In this document: piece by piece, positions 41,048 to 52,569 of the stretch
Numbering within the stretch: the first letter of the stretch is position 1
How the letters are laid out: each line of letters opens with the position of its first letter
Origin: Eledone cirrhosa
Taxonomy: Eukaryota
Assembly (NCBI GenBank): GCA_964016885.1
Contig: OZ024747.1
Location: 1 to 64,000 of the forward strand
Reading direction: 5' to 3'
Length of the DNA stretch: 64,000 bases
The notes under the pieces: generated by a model
The model's database searches: none
What the model was told of the DNA's origin: nothing
Seen by the model: the letters and a program-made list of their open reading frames with translations, nothing else
Translations under genes and position numbers: made by a program

Positions 41048-41424
41048 TTCGCTAAGGTGAAAAGAATACTAACTAGAGACAATAGGGTTTGCCAGACTCA
41101 ATTTAAGAATAAATCAAGAAAAGAAATACAAACCGGAATTGTGGTAAGTACCAATCACCCAGACACCTTTGGTAATGCTGTTTCGCAAAATTAATTGTGA
41201 AGAGGAATACCAATTCTTGCTCATCAGTGGATAAAGAATTATTATCATGGACATTTCTAAGTATATTAAAAAACTGAATAGTGTGCGTATATATAACGCA
41301 CATGGTATCTGAACTTAGCGTGTCTCACAAACTCACACCACTAAAGATAGCAGCCAAGTTTGTATTTATTTTATTGATTTATTCTTAAATTGTCTATAGT
41401 TAGTATTCTTTTCACCTTAGCGAA
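41048..41424. mobile_element. Small inverted-repeat-bounded element carrying a hammerhead ribozyme (Penelope pLTR relic or retrozyme-like)
   Basis: TTCGCTAAGGTGAAAAGAATACTAACTA..AATTTAAGAATAAATCAA..AATACAAAC (41048-41133) is inverted at 41358-41424, and the ribozyme lies between the arms. Confidence 0.7.
41157..41232 (-). ncRNA. Type I hammerhead ribozyme with canonical core
   Basis: Minus strand: AUCCA-CUGAUGA-GCAAGA..UUUUGC-GAAA-CA..UG-UC/-UGGGU. All core nucleotides and three helices are present, with a GUC cleavage triplet at + 41164-41162. Confidence 0.85.
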
Positions 41425-41625
41425 TCTCATGCCTTACTATTTGAACACATGTATATATCTGTGTTCGTTTTTCTTTTATATTCAATTATGATATATATAT
41501 ATATATATTTATTAAAATAACAGATTAAAGTTTAAGCAAAGAATCGCTGCTTTCACCCTTAACGAGATCTTCTGAAACTCACATACATACATACATACAT
41601 ACATATGTATGTATGTGCATATATA

Positions 41626-41672
<47 letters not shown>

Positions 41673-41674
<2 letters not shown>

Positions 41675-42629
41675 TAGACATGAAAAATGCGCAAGCTCAA
41701 AAGTGCCACAGAATGTTATAATAAACCTTCAAAGGTGTGGGACTAGAGTTGTTGCTAAAAAATATTGTAATCATTATATATCGTACATTCTGTGGCATCC
41801 TTTATAAAAGTAGCTTAAACCAACGAAGCCTTTATTTTTACGCTATTTCACTTAGTTAATTCTTAGAGTGTAACATATAAAAATATGATTTACAACTATA
41901 AAATAAATTAATTAATATAATAACAGAGCTGCGGAGCTGAAATTTAGGAAATAAGGGAGTATCGGATCCTGAGTTGGAGCCAGTCAATTTTTGGCCGACT
42001 CCGGAGCCCTGTATAATACTTTTCATATTAAAGTTATTAATAAACCTATTTTACACTGTATGCAAATTACCATGAGATATTGATATTAGATATAAGATAC
42101 AGCGCAATATCTACAGCTGTAAAAGTACGAAAGCGAAGTAATAATAAGTGGCTTAAGGTAATTCCAATATGAAAGTTTGTAGTGATAAAAATTTGATAAT
42201 GCAATACGATTGTTAATATTATAGTTCTATGAAAATGTAACAATAGATAACTAAATTATTTTACTATTAGTATATTTAAGAAATTATCATTATAGATTTG
42301 ATCGTTCATATAAGCATCATATTAATTTTCAACACAATTATTTTGTTACTATGAGTATATGATAATAATATTACGTAATTATTTATAGCTGTTATTACAT
42401 TAAACATAGATGTATTTATTTTTATATGTTACACTCTAAGAATTAACTAAGTGAAATAGCGTAAAAATAAAGGCTTCGTTGGTTTAAGCTATTTTTATAA
42501 AGGATGCCACAGAATGTACGATATATAATGATTACAATATTTTTTAGCAACAACTCTAGTCCCACACCTTTGAAGGTTTATTATAACATTCTGTGGCACT
42601 TTTGAGCTTGCGCATTTTTCATGTCTAGT
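41673..42629. mobile_element. Fold-back / MITE with near-perfect ~210 bp terminal inverted repeats
   Basis: ACTAGACATGAAAAATGCGC...GTGTAACATATAAAAA is matched by its reverse complement at ~42419-42629, with about 2 differences. Confidence 0.9.
41924..42011. mobile_element. 88 bp hAT-type MITE nested in the fold-back element
   Basis: TIRs CAGAGCTGCGGAG / CTCCGGAGCCCTG, with 8 bp TSD TATAATAA / TATAATAC. Confidence 0.75.
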
Positions 42630-43819
42630 TTAATATTTTTTTAAGGCAACGCTTGTAATAACTCTAGTTAAACAGGATATATATTAATAATAAATTATCG
42701 TTGTAATGTAATTGGATTATGTAATTGTTATTATAAATTATCTTATAAATATTAGTGTAAGATGTATAAAAATATTTTCAGACTTTTAATATAAACAACT
42801 ACAAAAAACAATCAATATTAAATCAATATATTATACATAATAGAAAACATAAAATAAACAATACAAAAACAAAATATTTACATACAATTGCAATTATCAG
42901 TGTATATACATTTTCTTTATATTCCCTGAGCAAATTAATAAGATTTGTTTTTATTGTACATAATTTGATGACTTGTTGGAGTGTATTAAAAGATAGCAAC
43001 AATTTGTGATTAAATTGTTATCTTAAGCAACTCACTTTTTAATAGTTGTTGGCTGAGCGAAATTGTAAAAGCCTATGAGCAAATCTAAAAAAAAATACAC
43101 AAACAACATTTCCTTGTGTTATTACAACATTAGATAAAATAATTGAGCAATGTCGTTATATTTTGCTCTTATTGCACATTAATAGTGTTTCTATTTTTCG
43201 GCACAAATCCATTACGGCAGTCCATTACTGGTACTTTATTTTATCGAATTAGTAAGTATGAAAGTCGAAGTTAACCTCGGCAGGATTTGAACTTAGAATG
43301 CAAAGGACCATAACAATACTGCAAAGCATGGTGTCTGACGCTCTACCAATACTTGTGTTGAGCTGGTCATTAATTTATGGTGGTCGTGCGTGGAGTAGAG
43401 CAATCGCTAGTTGAAATATTATGAACAAAACATTTTTATTTGCCGAAGAACATATTTTCAATACTGTTTGTGAATGTGACGAAGGAAATACATTCTGATA
43501 TGGAACAGTGTACAAAGTGTGTCTGTGAATAACATAATGTTACCTCATGTTGTTGTCAAGACATAATGGATTTCGTATATCCAGTTAGAAGATGAAACCT
43601 AGCCATCTCGGATTAGTTATATTTCATGCCATGTGTAAACGTGTTTGAGGATAGCAAAATATGCGTGTTTCTTGTCTGGAAACTTTCTGCTAAACTGATT
43701 GGTTTCGTTTTTGGCACTATACAATACTCATCCAACAGATAGCTGTATTGGATCCTTGATTGGTTAATATTTAGGTGAGGGTGCTTGATGCAGAGTTAGT
43801 GCAAAATGGATCAATGAGT

Positions 43820-44475
43820 GTAATAATAATAATGATAATAATAATGAAAATATTGTGTACAATGCTGAGGTGCACTACAACTCATCAAAAGTGCATATAT
43901 AATACATAGGGTAATATAAAAACGTCATGAAAAAAGAACAGTGCATGAGTCATGATATACACATATGTGCATGTGTATGGAAGGGGGACATCAGGTGTAG
44001 TTTTGGTGTATTTCGGAATGTATGATGGTTTTAAAGGATGCAGTGTGTCATCAGCTAACAACTGATGCAGGAAGTTTGTTCCATCCTTCAGCAACTCTGA
44101 GCATGAAGAAATATTTCCTAAAGTCATGGGAGCTGTGTTGTTTTCTGACTTTGTAGGCATGTCCACGTGTTAGACGCATGGAGATCAAAAAGGTGTTCGG
44201 GGTTGTTGTTGGTCGGATGGTTAATAACTTTGTGGGTGTTTACCAAGTCCTTTGCCAGAGGGAAGCAAAATATTCAGGGTATGGTAGGTGTCTGATGGAG
44301 GGTATGCGCTTGGTTGCATGTCTCTGAACAGTTTCCAGGAGGTCAATGTTCTGAGCAAGATAGGGGTTCCAGACTGATGACGCGAACTCCAAGTGTATTC
44401 GTACCATAGATGTATACAGCTTTAAATAGATGGCTGGAGAGCAGCTAATGAAGGTCTTGCTGATTGATGCCAAGT
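43820..44475 (-). mobile_element. CR1-group LINE 3' fragment
   Basis: Reads 'LKLYTSMVRIHLEFASSVWNPYLAQNIDLLETVQRHATK', with a (TAT)n tail at ~43820-43845. Confidence 0.88.
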
Positions 44476-44685
44476 CAATCTTAATAAATTGACTGATTTA
44501 TCTGTTCACTACTGCTAATCCACCGCTGTTTGTACAATTTTTTAGATAATGTCAATTTGAGCTTGAATCATTGGCGTAATGAAATTTGAAAAGATTATAA
44601 GCAAATCTTTTTTAAAATACACAGACAACATTTAACTGTATCGTTGCAACATTAGATCTAATAATGGAGCAACATTTGTGCAGAA

Positions 44686-45150
44686 TTATTGTTTGTGCAA
44701 TAAGATATTTGCAGATCTGTACTTGGTCTGCTCTTTAGCCAACTCGGTACGTTTAGAAGCTCTACGCTCGGCTTGCTTTTGAGATATAATAGCTGAATTT
44801 GCAGATCTATACTTGGCCTGCTTGTTTGCCAACTCATACCGTTTTGAACATCTATACTTGGCCTGTTTTTGTGTTAATTTAGCAAAATTCACAGCTCTAT
44901 AATCGGCCTGTTTTTGTCTCAACTTCTCCCGATTCCGCATCCGGTAAGCTGCTTTCACATCCAATTTAATACGCCCATCTAGATTATTAGCACAGGAATG
45001 TGAACAAGCTTGTGGGACCGCATCATTGTAAGTATATGAACTGCCTGCAACATCAAGACCCAATTCACAAGTGCAGCGTTGCTCATTCACATCGGCAGTG
45101 GGGACACCAAAATCAGTGACAGGTCTCGATTCACTCGCGAGATACATCAC
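44686..45150 (-). pseudogene. ORF fragment with basic 15-aa repeats, possibly a Helitron N-terminal region
   Basis: KQADYRAVN / KQAKYRCSK / KQAKYRSAN / KQAERRASK / EQTKYRSAN recur at 15-aa (45 bp) spacing. Confidence 0.4.
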
Positions 45151-45178
45151 AGCTACACTATATATTTAAACATATATA

Positions 45179-45240
45179 CAGTGATACCTCGCTACTTGGC
45201 GGTTCAACTATCGCGGATTCACGATTTCGCGCATTTTTAG
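45179..45240 (+). mobile_element. Pogo/Tigger-like terminal inverted repeat (left end only)
   Basis: TA|CAGTGATACCTCGCTACTTGGCGGTTCAACTATCGCGGATTCACGATTTCGCG. Confidence 0.55.
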
Positions 45241-45316
45241 AATATATATATGAACACCTAAAATTTTTCATTAAATCCATTAAAATATTAATAATAAACA
45301 CAGTTCTAATCATACG

Positions 45317-45356
<40 letters not shown>

Positions 45357-45443
45357 AGTAATTAATACCGTATAAATGGTACAAAGACTGTTTATGTAAA
45401 ATGTATTTCTCAACAGAGTATTGAATACTTAGGAGAAATTCAA

Positions 45444-45634
45444 AACGAAGAGTGATAAAATTTCAAGCAAAGAGTTTAATTAGGTAATGACTTACAAATT
45501 TGTTTCAGTATATAGACAAAGCCTGAAGCGCTAATTATAATAATTAGTTAATAATATTATATTAAAGATATACTGAAACAAATTTGTAAGTCATTACCTA
45601 ATTAAACTCTTTGCTTGAAATGTTATCATTCTTC

Positions 45635-45637
<3 letters not shown>
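45444..45637. repeat. Inverted repeat (~70 bp arms, ~55 bp spacer) followed by (GA)n
   Basis: AACGAAGAGTGATAA..TTTGTTTCAGTATAT is matched by ATATACTGAAACAAA..TTATCATTCTTCGTT. Confidence 0.9.
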
Positions 45638-45679
<42 letters not shown>

Positions 45680-47199
45680 TCTAGTCCTTCGCTCAAGATT
45701 AATCTATAAGTTTAGATGTCTGCCTTCGTTTAAGTAAATATTACAGTAAGATTTTTAATATAAACAACTACAAAAAACAATTAATATTAAAACGAAAAAA
45801 TTATCAATGATAAAAGAAGCGGATGCAACTTTTTTTTTTATAAAGTTATATTCCTGTTTCTTTAAAGAACATTTCATTTTTGTTCTATTGTAGGCGAAAT
45901 AATGCAATGGTTTAATAGGGAAGATATAACTTACCAATTATGTCTCGAACCGTGTAACGCTTTTTAAGTAGATAACTACAATTGAAAATACTAAAGAAAT
46001 GGAACCAACAATTCAATTTGAAAGTCGTCTACTTATAGTGACAGTGTATTACTGGTACTTTATTTTATCGACCCCGTAACGATGAAATGCAAATGCTTAA
46101 AATTTAAATTGCCTTAATTCTATCGTCTGCTGTTTCATTAAAGGGAGATTCTCGTCTGTATTTAATTCTATCGTCTACTGTTCCACTAAACAGATATACC
46201 TCCACTATCGTCTCTATTTATACATTTTAACTTATAACTTATACACATTTGATTTGAAATATTTTATCTAGTCCCCCCCTCTCAATATTATGATGATTTC
46301 TTTCGAATGAAACAGTTCTAGTCCTGTAGAAGCCATTTATATATATAATTGAACTGAGTTAAAAATTCACAATATTTATAATTAAATAAGCTCATATATA
46401 TATGTGTGTATTTATCTGTTTATTGTATTATATATAATGTGTGTATATACAGGATGTCCCCAAAAAATATATACACACTTCAACAGCATTCTAATAACTA
46501 TTGCCTGTACAGGTAATCAAAGTGTCAATCGAATGTTAGTTTCGTGTTTTAACAGTACACATTTACAATACACACATAACACACATAAAACCAGTGTATA
46601 TACATACATGAGTGTGTATACACATACATGAATGTGTATATACAATATATATGTATATATATATAGACACATATATTCACGGTGCAACGGAACATTAAAA
46701 TATAGATGCGGGAGGGGGGGTGTATATATAGGGGTGCTGGGGATAAAGGAGTGTAAAGCGTGTGTAATTGATATATTGAAGGAGAGGAGCGTGCAGCGAT
46801 AGAGTAACAAATATATAGAGAGGGGGAGAGATGGTATTGAAGGGGAGGAGTGCAAAGCGAAAGAGTAAGAGAGATATATATAAAGACGGAACAGATAGAG
46901 AGAAACAGGCGTAAGTAACAGTGGAAGAGATATATAGAGAGGGGGAAATGTGTTATTGAAGGGGAGGAGTGTAAAGCGAAAGCGTAAGATATATATATAG
47001 AGAGGGGGAATAGTATATATATATATATATATATCAACACTTACTCTGATTGGTTGAAAATTAGCCAATGACATACGATCACCACCACCACGGCTATCCC
47101 GGGAAAATTTATGAAGAAGTTAGGCATATATGTTAGAACACGAAAAGTGAACATTCTGTTGTTTCACACTTTTCGTGTTCTAACAGATACACACACATT

Positions 47200-47704
47200 G
47201 GGCATACGTCAAGACGGATGGTCTCAAAAGTGAAACTAATTTTACGATTGTGAATTTGTTTTTTTTACAACAGGTCTCAATAGTGAAAGTATAATGCAGA
47301 CACACGCAATTGTATGGATTTCTTAATATATATATGTGTATGTGGCCACATATATATACACACAAACACACATATATATACACACAAACACATATATACA
47401 CACAAACATATATAAACGTCTAAACACATGCTTGCGTGGAAGATAGACGTTAAACGATGATGATGACACAAACACATATATATATACAAACACAGATATA
47501 TATATATATATATGTATACATACACACACACATATATATACACACACATACACACCCACACATATATATATATATTAAGAAATCCATACAATTGCGTGTG
47601 TCGGCATTATACTTTCACTATTGAGACCTGTTGTAAAAAAACAAACAAATTCACAATCGTAAAATTAGTTTCACTTTTGAGACCGCCCGTCTTGACGTAT
47701 GCCC
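47200..47704. mobile_element. MITE with ~135 bp TIRs, 7 bp TSD and a microsatellite centre
   Basis: GGGCATACGTCAAGACGG...CCGTCTTGACGTATGCCC, with ACACATT at 47193-47199 and 47705-47711. Confidence 0.85.
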
Positions 47705-48432
47705 ACACATTGTATTATATGTGTTTTTATTTTTATTCTGAAAGAACTGTGAACAATTTGTAATGTTATTTAATCACCTGTAAATAAAACCAATAAAATA
47801 TGTAACAGAACTACGCACTTTAGCATACCTTCGTCTTCCTTCTACCTCCCTCGTCTTGCTTCATTCTGAGAAATTCTTGTTTCCTCTCTTAATTCCTTTC
47901 TTCTTTCTTCTGTTAAATTTCCTCTGAACTCTTTTTCCTTATATCATTAATATTATTGTTGTTTAAGTTAGTTGTTGCATTGAATTGGTTATCACTATTA
48001 TGCGCTGTATCAATATTGATAACGTAATTTTCTGAAGTGACTCTCTTATGTCTTATTTGCTTCCATTGACGAGAAAGGAGGGTAAGAATAAAAAAAAGTT
48101 TCGAGAAGAAATACAGTGGTCCATTTGTTCAAACAATGAAACACAACTTAGTAAACAATTGTTACGTTGACGCTTATCAAACTTTCACCGAAAATCAAAT
48201 TCACCGCCGTTCGTCTACCATTGCGGCATGTGGGTTTGTTTGGGTGTGTACGCACGTGTGTCATAAAGTCAATCATGTAATTATCTCCCCTTGGCAAACA
48301 TGCATCATGTGGAGGAAGAGAGTGTGTGACATCTCAAGATAGACGTTGCAAAAGGTTTTGAGATAGATAAATAGATAGATAGATTTCTTTATTGAACAAC
48401 TTAGAAACAAATAATTGTTTATACTTTTGGTA

Positions 48433-49310
48433 ATTCGCTGGTAATTCCCTAACAACACCAACCGAAATGGAAGAGTACTGTGAGACAGCCTGCTGCAGGC
48501 CAACTTGATAGCAACCAACCTAAGGTTTAGGATGAATCCGGGGAAGATGTGGACCTACATCTCAGATATGCACCTGTCCAAGTCCCAGATTGATTTCATT
48601 CTGGTGAGGAAAAAGTGGCAGAATAGTGTTCTGAACACAGAACCATACAACTATTTCAGTACGCTGGGGCAGTGGCTTGTTATGAGTGAGGTCCGGGTGA
48701 GCTTAAGAAAGAGCAAGGCTTAGCTCCGGAGAGCAATCTAAGACTGGTGAGCTTTCAAGGAAGATAAGCTACAGGAGAGGTTCACAGTAGATGTGAGCAG
48801 CAGGTTCAATGCTCTGTGTGGAGATTGTGACGAAGAGGTACGGGTACTTCACCAATGCAGTGGTGGAAGTAAGTGAGACCCTGCTGCCGAGGAGAAAGAA
48901 CAAGAGGAAGCATGTCAGCTCTGCAGACCCAACAGTGTCTGCAACCAGAGAACAATGAAAGCTGCCAAGGACCAATTCTATGCTGATCCTATGGAGGAGA
49001 GGAAGGAGTATGTGGAGGTGATGAGGGAGGAACTCTGTACCACTTATACTGACGCCAGAGAGGAGGCACTGATAGAGAAGATCAGAAGTGTGGAGAGAGC
49101 GGTTGACAGGTCTGAATGTAAGGAGAGTTGGATGATCATCAACGGGATCACACGGAGGAAGAGAAGCTGTTCGAGTCAGATCCAGGGAACAGGGCCAGAG
49201 GATAGGAAAAGGCTGGACCATTTCCAAAATCTCAACATCACTGATGCGGTCCCTCCAGTAAATGCCATGGATCCATCTGAGACACATCTGATGGAAATGC
49301 TCCAATTGTT
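48433..49310 (+). mobile_element. RTE-group LINE fragment (second family)
   Basis: Reads 'KMWTYISDMHLSKSQIDFILVRKKWQNSVLNTEPYNYFST'. Confidence 0.85.
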
Positions 49311-50034
49311 TAAGGTGGTGTCGAAATGTTTAAATATCTTATTGATTTACTGCTAAAGATAGCTTAAAATTTCATATTTCATAAAATATACACGTGCATT
49401 GGTCATTTTCACAGCAGTTCTTTACAACACTGCCATGGCGATTTATCTATGAAAAATGGTTCTCTAAGTCAAGTAAGTATTGTCTTTTTCACAGTTGTAA
49501 ATGAGGGGAGGGGGACAACTAAAAAGGAAATAAAATATAATAATAATTATAGCCATATATTTTTCATATCTTTCTAATGTTGAGCTTAATTATATAGATC
49601 ATTTAAATTTTATTTCAGAGTTGCCAAGGATCTGTTTCTGTGAAGTTTGACATACAGCTACCTCAGCACAAGAAACTAAATAATAACATCATAGAGAATA
49701 AAGTGAATTAATGAACATCAATGCTTCTTGCCTTTCAGAGATAGATAGATAGATACAGAGAAAAAAACGGAGAGAGATGCTGTGCTTTATTTAACACAAC
49801 ATAATGTGTTGTATATGCTGTGTAGGCTGATATTGATAATCTAGTCGGTAATGTGCTAAATTGCAGCGCTGTAGTCATAAATACATTGTAAAGAGAATTT
49901 TTTTAAATGCTGTCTAAAACAGCTCTTGGAATGTAAATTTTATTAAAGTAGCTTAATTATTTTGCTCGTAATAAAGCTATAAACTCTCAGTAGTCAATAT
50001 TTCGTCCATGGTATGACACATGGTGTACATGCAA

Positions 50035-50740
50035 GGAAGGATAGGTCTTTTGTTTTTTCACTCTTTTGGTCCTCGCATTGTAGAACATGCTTGAACTTTC
50101 TTTCCTCTGCTTCCCTTCTTGCGAAGTACACTTGTCTCCTAGCCACTTGATAGTCTTCTCTACTTCCCCCATCCCGCCATACTTTCCAAGCCTACTTTTT
50201 GGCCTTGATTGACTCCTCCACCTTACTGTTCCACCACCAAGTTACTCTCCTCCTGCCTATAGGTCTGCTCCAGCCACAGATTTCATCTGTCGCCTTCAGC
50301 AGGTTAGCTTTCAGGAATTCCCACTGTTCCTCTATATTGTACGACTCTAATTGCTCTTCCTTACTATCAAAAGCATCAAGTAATATGCCTTTAAATTTAT
50401 GACTGGATGTGGGGTCCTTTAATTTCCATATTTTTCTCCTGAGGATAGTCCTCTTCTGTTGTCGAATACGTCTCGTCCTGACTATGAGGTCGCTAATTAT
50501 GAGTCTATGTTGAGACGTGCATTCTTCATGGGGGAGGGATTAAGTGTTTACAACAGACACTCTGTCACGTCTCCTGGTAAGGATATAATCTATCTGGCTG
50601 GTGTGTTCCCCTGATCTATAGGTGATCAAGTGATTGTCTCGTTTTTTGAAGTTAGTGTTACAGATAGTTAGGTTATTTGCGTCACAGAATTCCAGGATTC
50701 TGGAGACTTCCTCATTTCTAGTACCAAACCCATAATCATA
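50035..50740 (-). mobile_element. RTE LINE fragment (APE C-terminus and linker)
   Basis: Minus strand reads 'ILEFCDANNLTICNTNFKK..HLITYRSGEHTSQIDYIL' and 'RRVTWWWN'. Confidence 0.85.
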
Positions 50741-50796
50741 TCATCACATATATCAATGATATTAATAAATGGAAACTATATTTATAAAACCATATT

Positions 50797-50857
50797 TATT
50801 CTATTATATATATTTCAAGGGTACCAAAACTTTGGTACCCCCTCATCAGATAAAATA
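50797..50857 (-). ncRNA. Minimal type I hammerhead ribozyme (Penelope-type, palindromic helix III loop)
   Basis: Minus strand: UAUUUUAU-CUGAUGA-GGGGGUACCAA aguu UUGGUACCCUU-GAAA-U AUAU A-UA/-AUAGAAUA. Confidence 0.85.
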
Positions 50858-50973
50858 CAAAATTTGTTTTATATATATAGATAGATATAGATATATGGGC
50901 CTTCCAATTTCATTTTACATTATATATATGTCTGTGTATATTTTAATTATCTAAAAATTATTTTTTAAGTGAA

Positions 50974-51002
50974 CGTGACCCAACGGGTCACGGCTGGTCT
51001 AG
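50974..51002 (+). mobile_element. Helitron 3' terminus (hairpin plus CTAG|T)
   Basis: CGTGACCC-AAC-GGGTCACG-GCTGGT-CTAG|T. Confidence 0.65.
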
Positions 51003-52284
51003 TATGTAATAAAGCTAAACAATGCATTATTATTGGTACATATAAAACACAAAACAATGTTTTTAAAATTTGACTAAATAGACTATCTTTTCATGCGATA
51101 CAATTTTCTATTGTACACCGGTTATCTCTTGTTTTCTGAAAACAATTTCAGAGAATTACCTCGCCTTCTGACTATTTAGTTAAAACTGATTTAAAATAGA
51201 CACATAACCAGACATTTGTAGGGAAAGAACATAGTGAATGAAAACGATACTGAGTGTATTATGATATTCGATATCTCAATCTCATGGCGAAAGTAAACGT
51301 AACTGTTTTAGTCCGTAATTCCATTTTGAGCTAAACCACTTTACTATTAATAGTTTCTTATTACTATGGAGTAGAAGATACTGGTGCGTCTGATTAAAAT
51401 ATCTTATAGTATTTAGTTTTATTTCCTGTCCATTAACTAAACTTAGGTCTTTATTGTATATCCTTTCGGAATAGATAAGATATTATTATAAGTACAAGGC
51501 AGCATCTAGTGGAATCGATACAATTGACGATACTTTCCTTGCAATTTTCTAATTTCAACTGAAAGGAAACAACTGTGAAATGGGTAAGTCGGATATATTT
51601 TCTGTCAGGTAGAACACATTGTTCACCGTTTCAATTCATCACTTTAATTAATGTGTTAACGTTGCGATGACATTTTATCCTGTCGTCACAGCTGAACTTT
51701 ATATTTGTGTAAGTATTTTATGTTATTTAACCAATTCGTTATATCAGCATTCTCAACGAAAGTAATAATGACATGATACCATTTATAAGAACCTACAATA
51801 AAAACAAAACTAACTATTAAGGTAATTAAAACATTTTTCTGTATCATTTCGTTTGAAGAGTGCTAAGATTTTGGAAATAGGGGTTTAAGAAATATGGGGT
51901 TGGGGAAGAGGGTTGAAATAATGGAATTATAACATGGAACAAAGTGAAATACGTAGATAATTTATGCAGCGAATGCACAACAGTAAGACAGTTGCGTATG
52001 TATGGATTAAAGAAAAAATAATCTTTAAACATACTTTCTGTGCATTTACACCTTTTCAACTTCACTTTTCATATATATATATATCCGGAAATTTATAATA
52101 ATTTGAAGTGAAATCTAATAGGTGCGTGTGTTTTTATTGGCAGCATGACCCTCCCAAAATATAACAATGTGTTTCAACACACGTTTTCAGATAAGAAATC
52201 TTTTAAAACGAAGTATATATATATAGGAATGGTTTTCCTAAGAGAAACAGGAGGCAACGACAGTTAATATATATATATATATAT

Positions 52285-52510
52285 CTTCATCATCATCGTT
52301 TTTACGTTCGTTTTTCCACGCTTGCATGGGTTGGACAGGACCTTCTCAGCACAGCATCTATCCACTCGTCGCATTCCTTTGTCATCTCCTCTGTGAGTCT
52401 CGGCAATTTGAGCTCAGCTCTCACCACCTCTGCCCAGGTCTTCCTTGGTCTACCACTACTGTGGCTTCCTTTCACAGTGATTTCTTGGAACTTCTTCATC
52501 CAGCATTCAC
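52285..52510 (-). mobile_element. RTE LINE 3' tail
   Basis: Reads 'GRPRKTWAEVVR', followed by CATGCAAGCGTGGAAAAACGAACG..(GAT)n. Confidence 0.8.
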
Positions 52511-52569
52511 CATCCATATATATATATATATATATATGTGTGTATATATATACACACATATGTTTGTGT

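Noticed and set aside
43470-43510. GTGACGA-stem-GATA hammerhead-like motif
   Set aside because: Two core mismatches and no helix I or III.
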